Origin: Tubiluchus corallicola
Lineage: Eukaryota > Animalia > Priapulida
Reading direction: 5' to 3'
DNA: 64,000 nt
Assembly: GCA_030141605.1 (NCBI GenBank)
Contig: JAQGDQ010000064.1
Span: 548,116-612,115, forward strand
The notes below the pieces were generated by a model. That model made no database searches and was not told the DNA's origin. It worked only from the letters and a program-made list of their open reading frames with translations. The translations under genes were made by a program, and so were the position numbers. Below are positions 27,001 through 40,500 of this stretch, in pieces (the first letter of the stretch is position 1; each line of letters begins with the position of its first letter).

Positions 27001-29804
27001 CCAAAAAAGAAACAAACCGAAGTTGTTTCTGCACCAGTTGTTACAGCACCAGAATCACACAAAAGAAGTGTGCTAGATTATGGTGAAAAAATGGATATCC
27101 ATGCCTATCAAGAACAACAAAGTTGGAAGGAATATAAGCGCCATGCAATAATACGTCGTGAAAAGAGTGACTACCCTCGTGACCGGAAACTGGTAAATGT
27201 TGGTATGAAGAGAAAAATGGCAGAAGATGATGCTGCAGTAGTTGGCAAAACAGATAAAGTATTAGAAAATTCAAAAAAACCTAGTCAAAATTTGAATACT
27301 TTTGCTAAAGTAGATTCTGCTCAGTCAAGCAGACAAATGGCTACTCACGAAAAAGATCTTTCAAAAGTCGACCAGCAACTGGAAGAGCCGGTTTTTGATG
27401 TAGGTAAAAAACACCATGGTGAAGAATCTGCTTACAGAAAACAAGCAAAAGTGAAGGAAGAAAAGAATGCCAGCAGGGTTAATGATCCACCTTGGCTTCA
27501 GAATTATGATGCTAAAATTGATTTACCATTTCCAAAAAGTAGTTCTAAGTCAACTAATGATAGTACTCTCCTAAGAAGATACACAGGAGAAAAAAGAGAT
27601 AAATGTGCAAAAACACATAGGCCTAACGACAGACTAGATAAGCACCGTCATAGCCATAGAAATGAGTCAAAACACAGCAAATCGAAAACTCGGTGTCATA
27701 ATTCCCCACATAGCGGGTTGAGATCAAAAAGTGTTCATTGGACTTCTGGTGGTAATGAAAGTCCCATTCCGTCTCCGCCATCTGTGTCACCACCTTCACC
27801 ACCCATGGAGTTGTCTCCTTTTAATGATAGTCCTGTACATAAACTGGACACCCGAGATTCTTTGAAAAAACGTGATCATGAAGATACATCAGACTGGCTG
27901 ACAGTTTTTGGAGAGTCTCGAACTAAGAAAGAAGCCAAAAGCAAGAAAGGGAAAGTTGAAAAGAAATCTCAAACGTTGAAGCCACTTGCACAGTTACCTA
28001 ATCCTGGAACATTTAGTTCTTCTGCTCCTAACAGCTGTCTTCCACAGCCATCAGATAAAAATTGGCCTAGTTATCCACCTGCAATGCCCATGTTTCCAAC
28101 CAATATACCACCACCTCCCATTGGAACACCTTTGCCTTTTCCACCTCCCCTAGCAGTTAACAGGCCGCCAGCGAATTTACCGGCTCATGACTCTGCAACT
28201 GTTGTGCCTGATAGTAAAAAGGAAAATGGAAATGATGCTTACGATGTTGTTGACATGGAGATCGAGCTTTCTCCACACTCACCGGAAGAGAAACTTAGTC
28301 TGCCACGTCCTCAGCAGAAACGCCGCACTGTGGCTTTTGTATCCAGTGTACCCGTCAGCTCTAAACAAAAGGTACTCAATCTTGTAAAGTGATACAGCTA
28401 TACTTCTATATTTCTGTACACTGTTTCTCCTAGTAATTAATTACTATACGTGCAATAGAAGAATTCTTTTCCCACTTTCTTTCTTCTGAAACCTGCTTAT
28501 TGTACTGGGTTATTACAAGTTAGTTTCATTATTCGGAGTTTTATTCATTCCAAACAAATTTGAAACATAATTATGCATTATTACAGCTCATTTTCATTTA
28601 CTGTACTTCTTTTCAGTTGGGTTTCAAACTGAAGCTTATGCTACGTGTCCCCATTGAAAATAAATTTGGTGTTTGTTCAAAGAAGCAATATTGTGTAAGC
28701 CACAAAACTTTGTGCGATGTACAAGTTTTTGTCGACTCCTACTTGATAGCAACTAAGATTGATTTTCTTATCTTACTCAATCATTGTAACTTGTAAAGCA
28801 TTTTCAAATGCAGAAGCATTGCTATTACCTTGCTTTGTTACTATTAAGCATGTATTCAAATGATTCCACTGTTTTCACTTGCTTTTCATGTAATTTTCAA
28901 TACCTTACAGCCAGCGATTAACAGGCAACAACAACAGGAGAAAGCTGTAGATGCAGTAAAGTATGCTTTGAAACCATATTACCGTAGCGGTGAACTAAAC
29001 AAAGATCAGTACAAGGATATCATGAGAAAATGTGTCCCTAAGGTATGCATTGATGTGTTGCTGGGTGTAAATTGTAAAAAAATGCCTTAATTAAGCTAAG
29101 GAAGATCGCAGTTGTTAACTAAGTCTGTTTGCATTCCCATTTTCTTGGCTGAAATCATTAAACAATGCATTTGGGAATATAGCCCTTCTGAGCAAGTACA
29201 TTGCATATTACATATGGCAATTTAATCACACATGAAAAAGCAGTCTAGTATCAGTATGATCAGATGAGCTGGCATTTATGGCATGCATTTAAAATAGTAA
29301 CAAACTGTTAGAACTGGAAAATAGATTGTGACAGCATGCTGTGATACAAACCTAACATAACCGGTGTAAGTCTTGTGATTTGGTATTTAAATTTTGTTTT
29401 TTAAAGTCGTAAAATTAGCTAGACATCAACAGTGCTAACAAACCACAGTTCATCAGTCACATATGCACAAACCAAGCCAGTTGTGAGATATAGCAACAAT
29501 CACTAAAAGATTTAGGCAGATCTGTGTAGTGAAGCACTGGTGTAGGCCGTTTTGTAATGTTGGGTTGATTATTATGTGTTGGCTTGTTGCTGGCTTCTGC
29601 ATCCCTCAATGCACATAACTTTTACACACCTTTTTACAGATCTGCCATAACATTCATCAGGATATCGATGGCAACCGTGTGAAGATACTTGTACATGGTT
29701 ACGTCAGTAAAATTCGACAAGAAAAAGTCGTTCAAGTAAAGAGGCCAGTTCCACAAAGTAGACATCAATCACACACGAGTGCAAAGACAGGACATAGAAG
29801 GTGA
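18030..29804 (+). CDS. PHRF1: PHD and RING finger domain-containing protein 1-like (RING-PHD-SRI; PHRF1/SCAF11 family), ~1724 aa
   Basis: Phase-consistent exons: 18030-18087, 18476-18702, 18970-19089, 19457-19540, 20451-20590, 20901-21016, 21845-22014, 22254-22345, 24501-28371, 28911-29042, 29640-29804 (TGA). RING CPVCL...CYHRFCLECIEEWAKNVSTCPVDR. PHD CETCGAPDREDSLLLCDACNLGYHIECLQPALTSVPLGAWFCPAC. C-terminal SRI-like QEKAVDAVKYALKPYYRSGELNKDQYKDIMRKCVPKICH. One 3.9-kb exon encodes a Ser/acidic/Pro-rich disordered region. Confidence 0.88.
22858..23052. repeat. Direct repeat, two ~78-bp copies about 116 bp apart
   Basis: TTGCACTATA...TTTATCAAGTCTTGTAACAATTCTTCTAATAGGTTAATGATTTTTCARTGTTTAAT at ~22858 and ~22974. 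Confidence 0.8.
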
Positions 29805-31953
29805 CATTTGTAAAACTGCGTATCGTTAGTGATTTATAACAAAATAAAAGATCTGTTAATTGTTAATGCTCTCTATAAATAATGATTACATATTTGATGG
29901 TGTGAATTCCCATTGCAGGACATTGAAGTTTGGAGAGAACATTATCAATAGTTTAACCTGGCAATTCTTTTTAATAAGTATGATTTACATTTATTAGTGG
30001 CTAAATGATTGTTTTTAGATCAAGGTCTTTTAATGAAAATCATATTATTCATATATGGTCATTCTTTTAGGGACAAAAATCCCAAGAATAAAAGGGTTTT
30101 CGATCCCTTAAAATGCATTTACAGTAAAACTTTATAGGAACAATTTTGTCTAGGCAATGGTTGCTATAGCAACAGGATTTAGGCAGATTTTCTTTGTTAA
30201 AAATTTTACCTTTTACACTGGCAGTCAGGAGGTGTAAGACTTGCATAAGTCACAAGTAATGAAATAGAATCTTGTACTTGATAGAACTGCAGTCTTTAGC
30301 ACTTATTAGTCCATGAGGTAACAAAGCATGAAACTATACTGTGGGCAAAGTAGTTTTTATTGCACTAGCAGCTCTTTTAAACATGGTAACACAACAAGTA
30401 GTGTTTTATAGTGATTGGAGTCAGATAAAAAGTCGGTGTTTAAGTAAAAAATTTTGAGTCAAAAAATCTTTGTTAAAATTAAGCATGCATTGTTAAGTGA
30501 AAAAAGGTGTCAAATATCTAGTGCCGTTAAAAAGAAACATCTCTAAATGGGGTATCATTAAACTAGGACTTACTGTATTTTAGTCATGTAATTGGTAGTT
30601 TGCACGAATTCTTCTGGCTTATTGTTTGCTATTTATTGTTATTTTTTGTAGATAATGTAAATTTTAAGAGATTAGTTTTTTGTGTTACATTTTAAGCTTT
30701 TACAGTCAGTGTTTTAGAAACACAGACTCAGAACAAAGACCTACAAGAGATTTTTCATAAATGTAATTTGTAGATAGTTGTTCATATTGGATAGTTAGTG
30801 AGATATTATAGAATATATTACTGTCACTTGTTTTGCATAGAATCCGAACAATTGCAATCACACATATTAGATATCAGCAGTTTAAGATGATGGCATGATA
30901 TAGTCTATGATATGAAAGTAAATCAAAGAGTTAAGGGTGGAAAGAAAGTGCAGCATTTTATCTAAAGCATTAGGAGAAGAAAATGTGATTGTAGTAAGTA
31001 CTAATACACGGCTATATGTATTACATATATTCACCACAGGTTTAATATGATCTTTCTTTTTTTGTTGTTGTATAGGGTTAGTCATTGTGTAAAACAATAT
31101 TATAATTGTCATATTAAAATTTAATAACTAATGTGCTTGAATTCGTTAAATATTGGTAAAATCTGAAGTGAGTTTATTTTTGAAGGTTTTATTGTAATTA
31201 TTATATCTTTAGTAAACATTTATATTAAATTACAGCGAAGAAAATTTTATTGTATAATATAAGTTTTGCAGATTTTTGTTCTTATCCTTGCTATTCACAA
31301 AACCTAATCTAATCATAGATCTATGTTCAAAGAAGTTTTGCCCTACATTGAATTTTCTAATCAGATTCTAATAAGACTGTAGAGATTCTGTACTTGTGAA
31401 ATTTTGAACTGCATTAGCTTTAGCTGTAATCATGCATCTATATAATGGATTGTTTTTAACTATTATATGAACTGCTTTTAAATTAATAGTATATATACAC
31501 CTTTGACCACTGATATTATAAATTAGGTGTGTTACACGAAATCATTGTTTGTTAAATGATACACAACAATGTAATTCTCACTATGTGAGCAGTGTGGCGG
31601 TTGTAGCGACTAGCAAGGTTATTTAAAACAGTATTTATGTGTAATACTGTTTTGTGTAAAGTACTGTTGCAAATTAATGCACTATAATAAACATGGCAAA
31701 TCTAAATCTTTGTGTACTTATTTTAATTTATAAAAGTTATAACATGGTTATCATTTTGCTGTTAGAGAAGTGCTTTAGTAAGCATTGACCTCCAAAAATA
31801 CCCACACGAGGCATTGTCATCATGATTATATGTGAGCATGACGCACAGTACATGGTAATACTAAACAGTAGTTTGGTGAGAAGTATTAAATATATCGTAC
31901 TGTGGACTGATTTCTTTTAGATTTTAGAAAATTTTAATGAGGATCAGACTCAG

Positions 31954-32199
31954 AGTAATTCAAGAAATTACCAGTAGGGTATCCTAAGATATAGTCCAGA
32001 TTAAGCAGGTACTGAGTGTACAAGTCTAGTGTACTGAGTTAAAGCAGCATTTAGATCTATTCTAACAATATGTCCATTAGGGTCAAACTTAAGTAATTCA
32101 AGTAACTGCCAGTAGTGTCACATAAGATACAGTCCAGATTAAGCAGATACTGCAGAACTTAAAGCAGCATTTAGGTTTATCCTAACTGTATGTCCATTA
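31954..32199. repeat. Diverged tandem duplication (~110-125 bp x2)
   Basis: AGTAATTCAAG...TAAGATAYAGTCCAGATTAAGCAG...TTAAAGCAGCATTTAG...TATGTCCATTA twice. Confidence 0.75.
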
Positions 32200-32901
32200 T
32201 AACTGCCAGACATAATAAGTGGATCGAATCTGACATTTAAATTAGACTTATTAATGAAAAAGTACTCTTTCTAAAATCCCTCTCTGGCGCTTTTATCTGC
32301 TTTAGTAACTCAACCATGCATCATCTCTCATAACTGTAATGATCACGCTCACTAGACATAAAATGCGTCTCCATAACTAGTTGTTTATTCTGTAAGAAAA
32401 ATTACAAATATTTTCACGCCATCAATTATGAGCAGTTGAAACATTAAGCCTAGTTCACATATACAAATTTGTCTGCTATAATACAGCATAATGATGATAC
32501 CTGATTACTGCAAAAATTGCTAAAGAACAATTGCAATTGCAAGAGATAATTATAATTATGCCTATTACAAAATTGATAAGTGCGGAAACAATACATACGT
32601 CATTGGATCCTCTGGGATTTGGAATGACTAAACAAGCAACGGCTATAACTATTTCCAAGTATAAGAATAAGCTGTGTCACTAATATAAGCAGATTTGATC
32701 TCAACAGCACGGGTCTGTTAAGCCTAGTTGCAAGAGAAAAAGTGTACTACATTAGAAACCGGCTTCACTAAACCCACAACGTTATGTTCTGTGGCTTCCA
32801 GTCATTGCATTTAAATTAAAGGTGTTTAAGGTCGTACCCGTTACAATAACCATTGTGATTATCGACGCTATCACCATTATAACAGATGTCACATCATCTT
32901 C

Positions 32902-33706
32902 ATTATACCGGTTCTGATAGTAGTTGGTCCATGCGCAGGGTTTTCAGTGGGATTCTGTGTCTGTTTGTCTACACAATAAAATCGTAATCACGAGATTTGG
33001 TATAAGGATGGTCCTAGGTCTGGGCAAGACCTGTAAGCTTATTGCTTGAAAACGTATAAGTACCCAAAGACTGAACTTGTGATTAATCTGGAAGGCTTTT
33101 GCTTAGAATATTGCCCACGATGACAATAGTGCATAAATACAGTGTGTTGTTTAATCACGTCTGTGCGCAACTGTCTACATATTTCGATCAAAACAACAGA
33201 GTTGGCGCAGGGATATAGGTCTGATTAATTAAAACCTGGAAAATTAAAAAACCCAATGTTTTAATGTCAATTAAAGGGCACATCACATCTATGCTCATGC
33301 TATAAAATCAAAATTAGATGAAGCCAAACTAACGAAACACTGCAGAGGGACATGTCTGAGAAAAACTAGGAATTTCCTTTTTTGGCTCAAAAGGCCAAGT
33401 TCAAGCTCATGCGGTCAAAAAATATAAAATATTTTTATATATAAAATCACTAAACCTGACACAGAGATAGGCCTATACGGTTATACCCTATAGCTAAGAC
33501 CCTGGAAACCCATTGCATTTTGCTACAAACGGCCAAGGTCAAGGGTAGAGAATGGGCCGAAGTCTGAGCACATCCTAGTTCTATACCTGCACGTTACGTG
33601 CACCTAAACCGCCTACCATACTTCAGCGTGTACGCGCGAACGCTTCGATTGTTGCTACCTGTGCTTTCGCGGGAAATACAAGCATGCGCCGTGACGGGAC
33701 TCTAGT
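32902..33706 (+). mobile_element. Possible non-autonomous Helitron/Helentron-like (DINE/HINE-type) element upstream of the Ly6 gene
   Basis: Begins TTATACC; carries a short GTCT-type repeat (GTGTCTGTTTGTCT) and CAAGGTCAAGG motifs; ends in a GC-rich segment followed by CTAGT. Boundaries uncertain. Confidence 0.3.
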
Positions 33707-33786
33707 TCTCTCCTCTCTGCAGAGATTATTTAGTTGTGTGATCTCAGTGATGCTGAAGACTGAAGAGCTGAAACACTTCTGCTAAA

Positions 33787-35297
33787 ATGAGTGAAAGAGT
33801 TTTGTTCTTAATCACATACTTGCTAGTTATACGTATTACAGGTAAGATAAGTCGTTGGTAAAAAAAACCAATAGAAACAGAGCTTCAAGAGAGTTTCAAG
33901 AGAGAGTTTTATTCATTTTCCACATTGCATCATTACAATTAGCATTAAAATACAGATAATTTTCCATTTGAGTAAATATAAATATAAATATGAATAAATG
34001 CAATATTATTAAGAAATTTCATAATGCGGGATATACATGTGCAAATTTCATGTTGTTATGAAGCTGTTATGAAGTACAGCAAGTCAAATTATAACTGATT
34101 TTTCTACATTCAATTTTGGTGAAAACCAATCAACTAAATTAAACTATAAGCAATCTGTAAAATTTTGGTTTGGGTTCATACGTGTGGATTAAATCTACTT
34201 ATTAAATTTTATAAATGAGTTTATTTTTCGCTACTCTTTGTAATCTATTCAAATGAAAAACGCAAACAGGTAGCCAATTGATTATGCTGCCAATAATTTT
34301 ATAGTAATGGTTTCGTATGCACTGATTGAAACTTATAGGTTCGCTATTTAGTACAATGTATATAACAGTAGGACTAAGACGTAATTACAAAATATAAGAC
34401 TAAATTAAGTATGTTGTCTTCATGAATGGTAAATTGTGATGATAAATAAATATAAATCTAAAAACATCATACGTTTAGCTATTATAGCACGTTAAACTCA
34501 CTTTATTTCTTACATTTTCGACAGGTATACACAGCATAAAATGTTATAGTTGCACAATTCCTCCATACCCAGGAGCTGATTTACACACCTGGAGACGAGA
34601 CTTGTGCCCAGATATTACCTGTACAGGACCCGTTGAAGAACAGGTGTGCATGAAGATAATTGATAATACAAAAGGTATTTTATACAGGCAATCACCCACT
34701 CATTTACTCACCAAGCCATACACTGCTACGATCACTTAATCACTAAGATAAGAACATTATGCTAGTACATTTCAGCAATATTTTGTCTTTAGTTGATAAT
34801 ATTATAACGAATTTACTTAAGCTAATAATAATAAAATTTTAATGATAAAATAATAAGGCATTTCTAAGAGAAATTTCTCAAGGCTGCTATTTTTACTACT
34901 CCTAATGCAGTTTTACAGTTCTCTGAGATAAATGCTCAAATTAAATTATCACATCAGGTATCACTATCACAGTTTAATATCACCTTTGAAATTGTCATGA
35001 AATTTCATTTTTTGCACATCAGGAGACCAAGTTGTAACGAGAGGTTGTCTCAGCGACATTCGCTCCTCTAACTGGAAAAACTACCTCGCAGCCGATAAGT
35101 TCACAGGTTGTCGGTATTCCGCGACAGCGGTTGAACACGAGCACAGGAATACTTACGGAGAGCTGACCAGTGAGGAACACATACGTGTTAACATATGCTA
35201 CTGTGACGACTGGAATTATTGTAACTCACAAACAGAAGTACACTCAGTGTTTTCAGTTATAATTTTACTGGTGGTCTTGACATTGTGGATGACATGA
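33787..35297 (+). CDS. Ly6/uPAR (three-finger) domain protein, secreted and probably GPI-anchored, 159 aa
   Basis: Exons 33787-33841, 34525-34674, 35023-35297 joined by phase-1 introns. Signal peptide MSERVLFLITYLLVIRITGIHS, then IKCYSC, CMK, VTRGC, CYCDDWNYCN; 10 Cys; hydrophobic tail VFSVIILLVVLTLWMT. Confidence 0.85.
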
Positions 35298-35859
35298 ATT
35301 TCTTTCGTTTGCTGATTTCTGTGAAAGTATTAGTCAGTCTCAGCGAGTGGCTGTTTTGTGTCCAAGCGCGGAGGTTGGAGGTCATGTGGTGCCATTCTTC
35401 TTTGTTTTTACTCTTACTTATATGCTAGTAGACATCGACCCCATTCCAGAACCCTGCCTCGTATCGCGACGTCATGAAGAACATAATCACGTTTTACTAT
35501 TAAACATCATCATCGTTCGCATTTTTTTATCTTACTATTCAATAAATTACTGAACAATGAGTGATTGTTTCATTAATTCATTAATGCATCGATCGCACCT
35601 GTTTCTGAACGATTAGTAATCCAACAGCAATAGGTAAAATGAATAGCGACACGCTTTTGGGCGGTATGCACTGTACGCAAGTGTACAGCATAGAACAACG
35701 TACCATTTTTTTCGGAAAATCAAGCACTGGTATACCACATTTGAAGCGGTGAAACCCAGTTTCACTTTCCAGAACAAAATGATGTAATGAGAGACTGAGG
35801 AACAATACCGACTTACATACTTTTGTGAAAACAGCATTTTTTAAAAATAGTTTTTGGAC

Positions 35860-35912
35860 TAGTCCGCGACCCCAGGAAAAGCGCTTGGCGACCCCAAGGT
35901 TGGGAACCCATG
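35860..35912. mobile_element. hAT (Charlie-like) terminal remnant
   Basis: CCGCGACCCC...GGCGACCCCAAGGTTGGGAACCCATG resembles a hAT MITE right end; partner end not found. Confidence 0.4.
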
Positions 35913-36675
35913 TGCTAGTATGTAAGTCATAATTATAACTTCGGTGTCATTTTTCAATCAAATTTTAGTTTGATTTACTTTTAGCATTGTAAATTAAAAC
36001 ATTTTTATTGTAATAAAATATGCCATAAACATGGTTTTCTGTTTAGCTTATCTTCTCTTTCATCAGATAACATCACAATTTTTTTCACTAGTGCAAGCAA
36101 AACCACACATTTTCACTGAGAATAAAAAAAATTAACAATTTTAACAAACCACTTACCATTCTTTTTTGTTTTGATAAAAAATTCTAAAATATACAATTAA
36201 GCTACAACCCTAACAGTTTGCAAATAAACCTAAACACAACAATCACAGCACACTTCATGTATTGCACAATAGGAGCTCTGTGTCTCCAGAATTGCCTTGG
36301 CTATATAAAAGTACAACATGAAATTAGCAAGCTTAATAAAATGAACATAAATAGATTTTACTATATTTCTAATAATCAGGTGCTAATTTTAATGTAATAA
36401 TTACACAAAATGTAAATGATTGTCAAACTTAGTTAAAATGACTCCACAATGTACAGGATGTTTCAACATTCAATTTTTTTGCAGCTACGCGACGAATGAC
36501 GTTTATATTTTGGTAAACTTTTACTCAGTAATTGAGAATTTTACGGAGTCTACATTCAAAGTTTTGCTTTGGTGTCTTATGCAGCCATGCTGTTTTCAGA
36601 GCAGCGGTGTAAAATTGCTGGAGGATTCTAAATAGAAAAGAATGTTTTATACATGTGTAATAGTGCAAAAATTTA

Positions 36676-36926
36676 GTGTTTACACGTGTAGAAAAATCAG
36701 ACTCAGGTACCCTTTTCCTTATACTCTTTCCCTTAAATTGTCACTAAGTTAATATTCAGCAACAGTGAAGAAACTATAATCACTTATATTCACAAACAAA
36801 CACAAACTGGTGCATTTGAACTAACTGTACTGTTATGTTAACAACAAACATTCAATTATTACAAACTGAACAACAAACATTCAATTATTACAAACTGAAT
36901 ACCTGGACACACAAACTGCGACTCGA
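36676..36926 (+). repeat. Dispersed repeat copy A (inverted partner of 39745-39935), with an internal ~29-bp tandem duplication
   Basis: GTTTACACGTGTAGAAAAATCAGACTCAGGTACCC...CAGTGAAGAAACTATAATCACTTATATTCACAAACAAAC...TGGTGCATTT...TGTTAACAACAAACATTCA matches the reverse complement of 39745-39935. Confidence 0.8.
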
Positions 36927-37599
36927 AAAAAATGATCTGCCAGACTTCTTAATTACTTACTTGCACACTTTAGCAATGCGTCAGATTAGGTACCGCACTG
37001 AGCACTATTAATACAGCATAGGGATTATTGGAATTAAATAATCTATATTATCCGTTTTGTAATAGTCTGTTTATTTGTATCTTTGTTAGTAGCCTAAAAT
37101 AGGTCTTTAAATGCTAATAAACAATTTCAAATTTGGATAATTAACCTTCTGATACAGAAATCATAGTTTGTTTTTTGCGAGTCACCCCATGGCAAAAGTG
37201 GTTTTGATCTGCCATCTCCCTGCTGGCTTTTGGCCTGACACACTGCTAATGCACCAGTTAATAGTCTGCTAGTGGGTACTTACTGTATAAGTGCACAGCA
37301 GAAGGTGGCATTTTAAATTCTATAACAATGGATATCATATTACAAATAATGTCTGCATTTTCATTGCTCAAACCAGGTAGAAATATTAGGCTAGAGTAAT
37401 GAACAATGTGGGTAATTACTCGGCTAACCAGATGGAAACACTAGAAACATTGCTACTTATGAAACCAAGTTTAGTGCCACCAAAATTATAATGTGTGTGA
37501 TAAAGAATGATAGAACTGGTGTCAGCCATACTTTGCATTACACTACCTAATATTACTAACACACGACATTGCTAACATCATAAAAATAATACTGAAGCA

Positions 37600-40500
37600 T
37601 TATTTTATATACTTATTTAAATCGCCTAGCCTTTCTATCCAATAATTTGGCACTAGTTTTAATCGCTCAGAATCTGCACTATTTATATGCTCTTGTATCT
37701 CAGCCGTAGATGTGACACCAGTCATTACAGCCATGGAATGTATCCCACAATTATAACCCATCAAAATGTCTGTATTCAGTCTGGAAAAGAGTAAAAAATT
37801 AAGTTATTGTAATAACTGTGACATCTTTTGTAAGACTTTATATGGTCTTTAGTAATATAGACCTCCAAGCATAGATTACTTTGCCCGCATTCTCATTAGC
37901 TTTTACACCAAGCGAATAATCTGCAAAACAGCGTGCAGAAATTACAATGCTATTTTAATGGTTTATAAAACTTTTCTTAATTGTAGACAGTGAAATCATT
38001 TACTCTATACAGCAGGGGTGTGCAAATTATCTGATTAGCCGGGCCACACTGAACTTTCCCGCAATTTCTGCGGGCCCCATACAGTTTGGTCAAGGAGCCA
38101 AGAACAGCAAGACCTAATAACGATTTATTTGCATTCGTTCTTCGCACATCATTACTATTACACGAGTCTGTGCAGTACAGTGCATATTAATCCGTCTTGA
38201 AACACTTGATGTTTTTCAATCCTCCTCTTTTTCTTATCCATGTTTCTGATTTATAAGAACACTACAGAACCAGCCCGATAATAGAAGCCTAGAGATTGGC
38301 TGTTGGTCTTCCTACCAGCCAATTAGATTGCTTCTCGCTTTTCGTGCACATTTGAGCGTTTCAATGGCGGCTTCCGTGATAGTTTGCCGTGTTCTGTGAT
38401 TACATCATTTTTTTGTGTTCCAAGTGAGCAACGTGAAATATCGTCGTGTCCGACAGTGACATTAAGTGACAATCGTCTTGTAAGGGTTAATGTCTTTAGA
38501 AGCCAAGCAAAAAAAGTAAAACAACACATACTACAACCACTCAGCTATTTAACTTTCCTCCTTGCCTCCCTTCTGAATACACAATGACAAAGCACAGCAA
38601 TTAGAGTGTAACAAAATTACAAAAGCATGGCTACCTGTCTCCTACAACTACTGATCTAGTTGGATCTAAATGCTTCTTGGTTTTTATCATTTCAAATCCC
38701 CATTTAGTTGGCTTTCCTATCAGTGTAGGTTCTTTACCTACAGCAGTAGAAACAGAGTTGACTATGCATCCTGTACCTATAAGTAAAAAATATTATTCAT
38801 AATAATGATTATATTAGTTATACAATCAGTAAGAAAATTTCAGCAAGAACCAGACTAACTGTATTTTTCTCATGTGGCATCTGCACTGTCACTTTATCAC
38901 GACGTGAAATATCAGTTTTTCATGACCAACTCCCTTGCAATGACCTGCGTCTACACTATCGCTAATAACCGCTGCCTTGCAAGCAAAATAACACAGAAAC
39001 ATCCACCATTCATGTTGGTAATGTACATACAACTTACAATCACACGACGAGCAATGAGAACTTCTAAATGGACGAGTTTCTATTCATAATGATGTAGCAT
39101 GAAAAAATTAGGCATATTTAACTTCATCGTCTTCGTGCCTTCTGGATGACTAATCGTGAAAGTTACAACACTGTATGTGGACACTAACGTTTATCCACTT
39201 CGGTGCCCCACCTTGATTTCATTGTGATAAAGTGAAAGTCTCTATGCTGCATACTGCACAGCCTGTCGAAAATGAGTATGATGAAAGCAAAAGAAACTGA
39301 ATGTCAGTTAATACCTATTAACTGACATTCGGTCATGTATTACTTTTACATTACATGAAATCATACCAAAAAGTTTAATAAATACAGGTCCTGGTCAAAA
39401 GTTTGATTAAGCTTAACAAACCTGCCTGGAAAGACTAGTTTGCTATGACCCATTGGATATGTCTCGTCTGCATTTGTTGCAATATACAAGCATTCAGGAT
39501 TTTTCAGATAGCTGGCAGCTCGCATGATCTTTGCATAACTGATGTACGGGTCAAATGCCACAACAACTGCTCCTACCTAAATGCAAAGCAGAAAACAGGA
39601 AGATGAACTTACAAATATCATTAATTAATTATGACTGTGATTGCCAGAATTTTCTTATGCAGCTGATTCATTGATAAATAATGCAATGCAACTAAGGCAA
39701 CTTTGGCAGATAAAAACTCAGTCAAATGTTACAAACACTAACTTCCGCGACTCACAGCTCGTGTGTTCAGGCTTTCAGTGTGTAATAAATGAATGTTTAT
39801 TGTTAACATAGCAGTTCAGTTAGTAAAAATGCACCAGTGTTTATTTGTGAATATAAATGATTACAGTTTCTTCACTGCTGATGAATCTTAACAATTGGGT
39901 ACCTGAATCTGATTTTTGCTACTCGTGTAAACAGTATAGCAGTTCTTTTTAGATTTTCATCTAATTATTTGCCTATAAGAACTGCAAGTGGCTTTAGTTC
40001 ATCTGAACCTATTTCCAAGCATTTTCCTTTGTTTAAATTAAAAATATAGAAAAGGTATAAAGTCTACAAAAAATGAAAAATTTTCTGAAATAAAGCTGAA
40101 ATATCACCAATGCAAAAGAACCACTGAAGCAGCCGAAAGTTCTCTGCTATGCAAGCAAATGACCAAGCAGATACATGACCTACTATAGCCACCAAACTGG
40201 CGGCAAACTAAGCATAACATATTTTATGGATAACATAAATACACTACTTTTCATGCCAAAGTAAAGAAGCTACGTAACATACCCCTTCTTCCAACTTTAT
40301 ATGACTAATAAAATCTTCAAATGCTTTGAAATTGCCAGGCATGTCAGGCTAAAAATAAAAAAAAATGTAATATAATATTCAATGTTACTGAGTAAACTAA
40401 TAAATATATACATAAATAAATACATATATTGAGAAAGCCATTGTTACTAGAAAAACAGTATAAACATTTACTGTTTGAAAAGTAATTCTTAAGCACTATA

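Noticed and set aside
25083-27274. Antisense ORFs within the large PHRF1-like exon (likewise 50091-52845 opposite the PWWP gene)
   Set aside because: Shadow ORFs of low-complexity Ser/Lys/Glu-rich coding sequence with no independent features.
24424-28392. 1322-aa ORF as a stand-alone gene
   Set aside because: It starts at a non-ATG codon in intronic sequence; acceptor at 24500 and donor at 28372 join it in phase to the RING/PHD and SRI exons.
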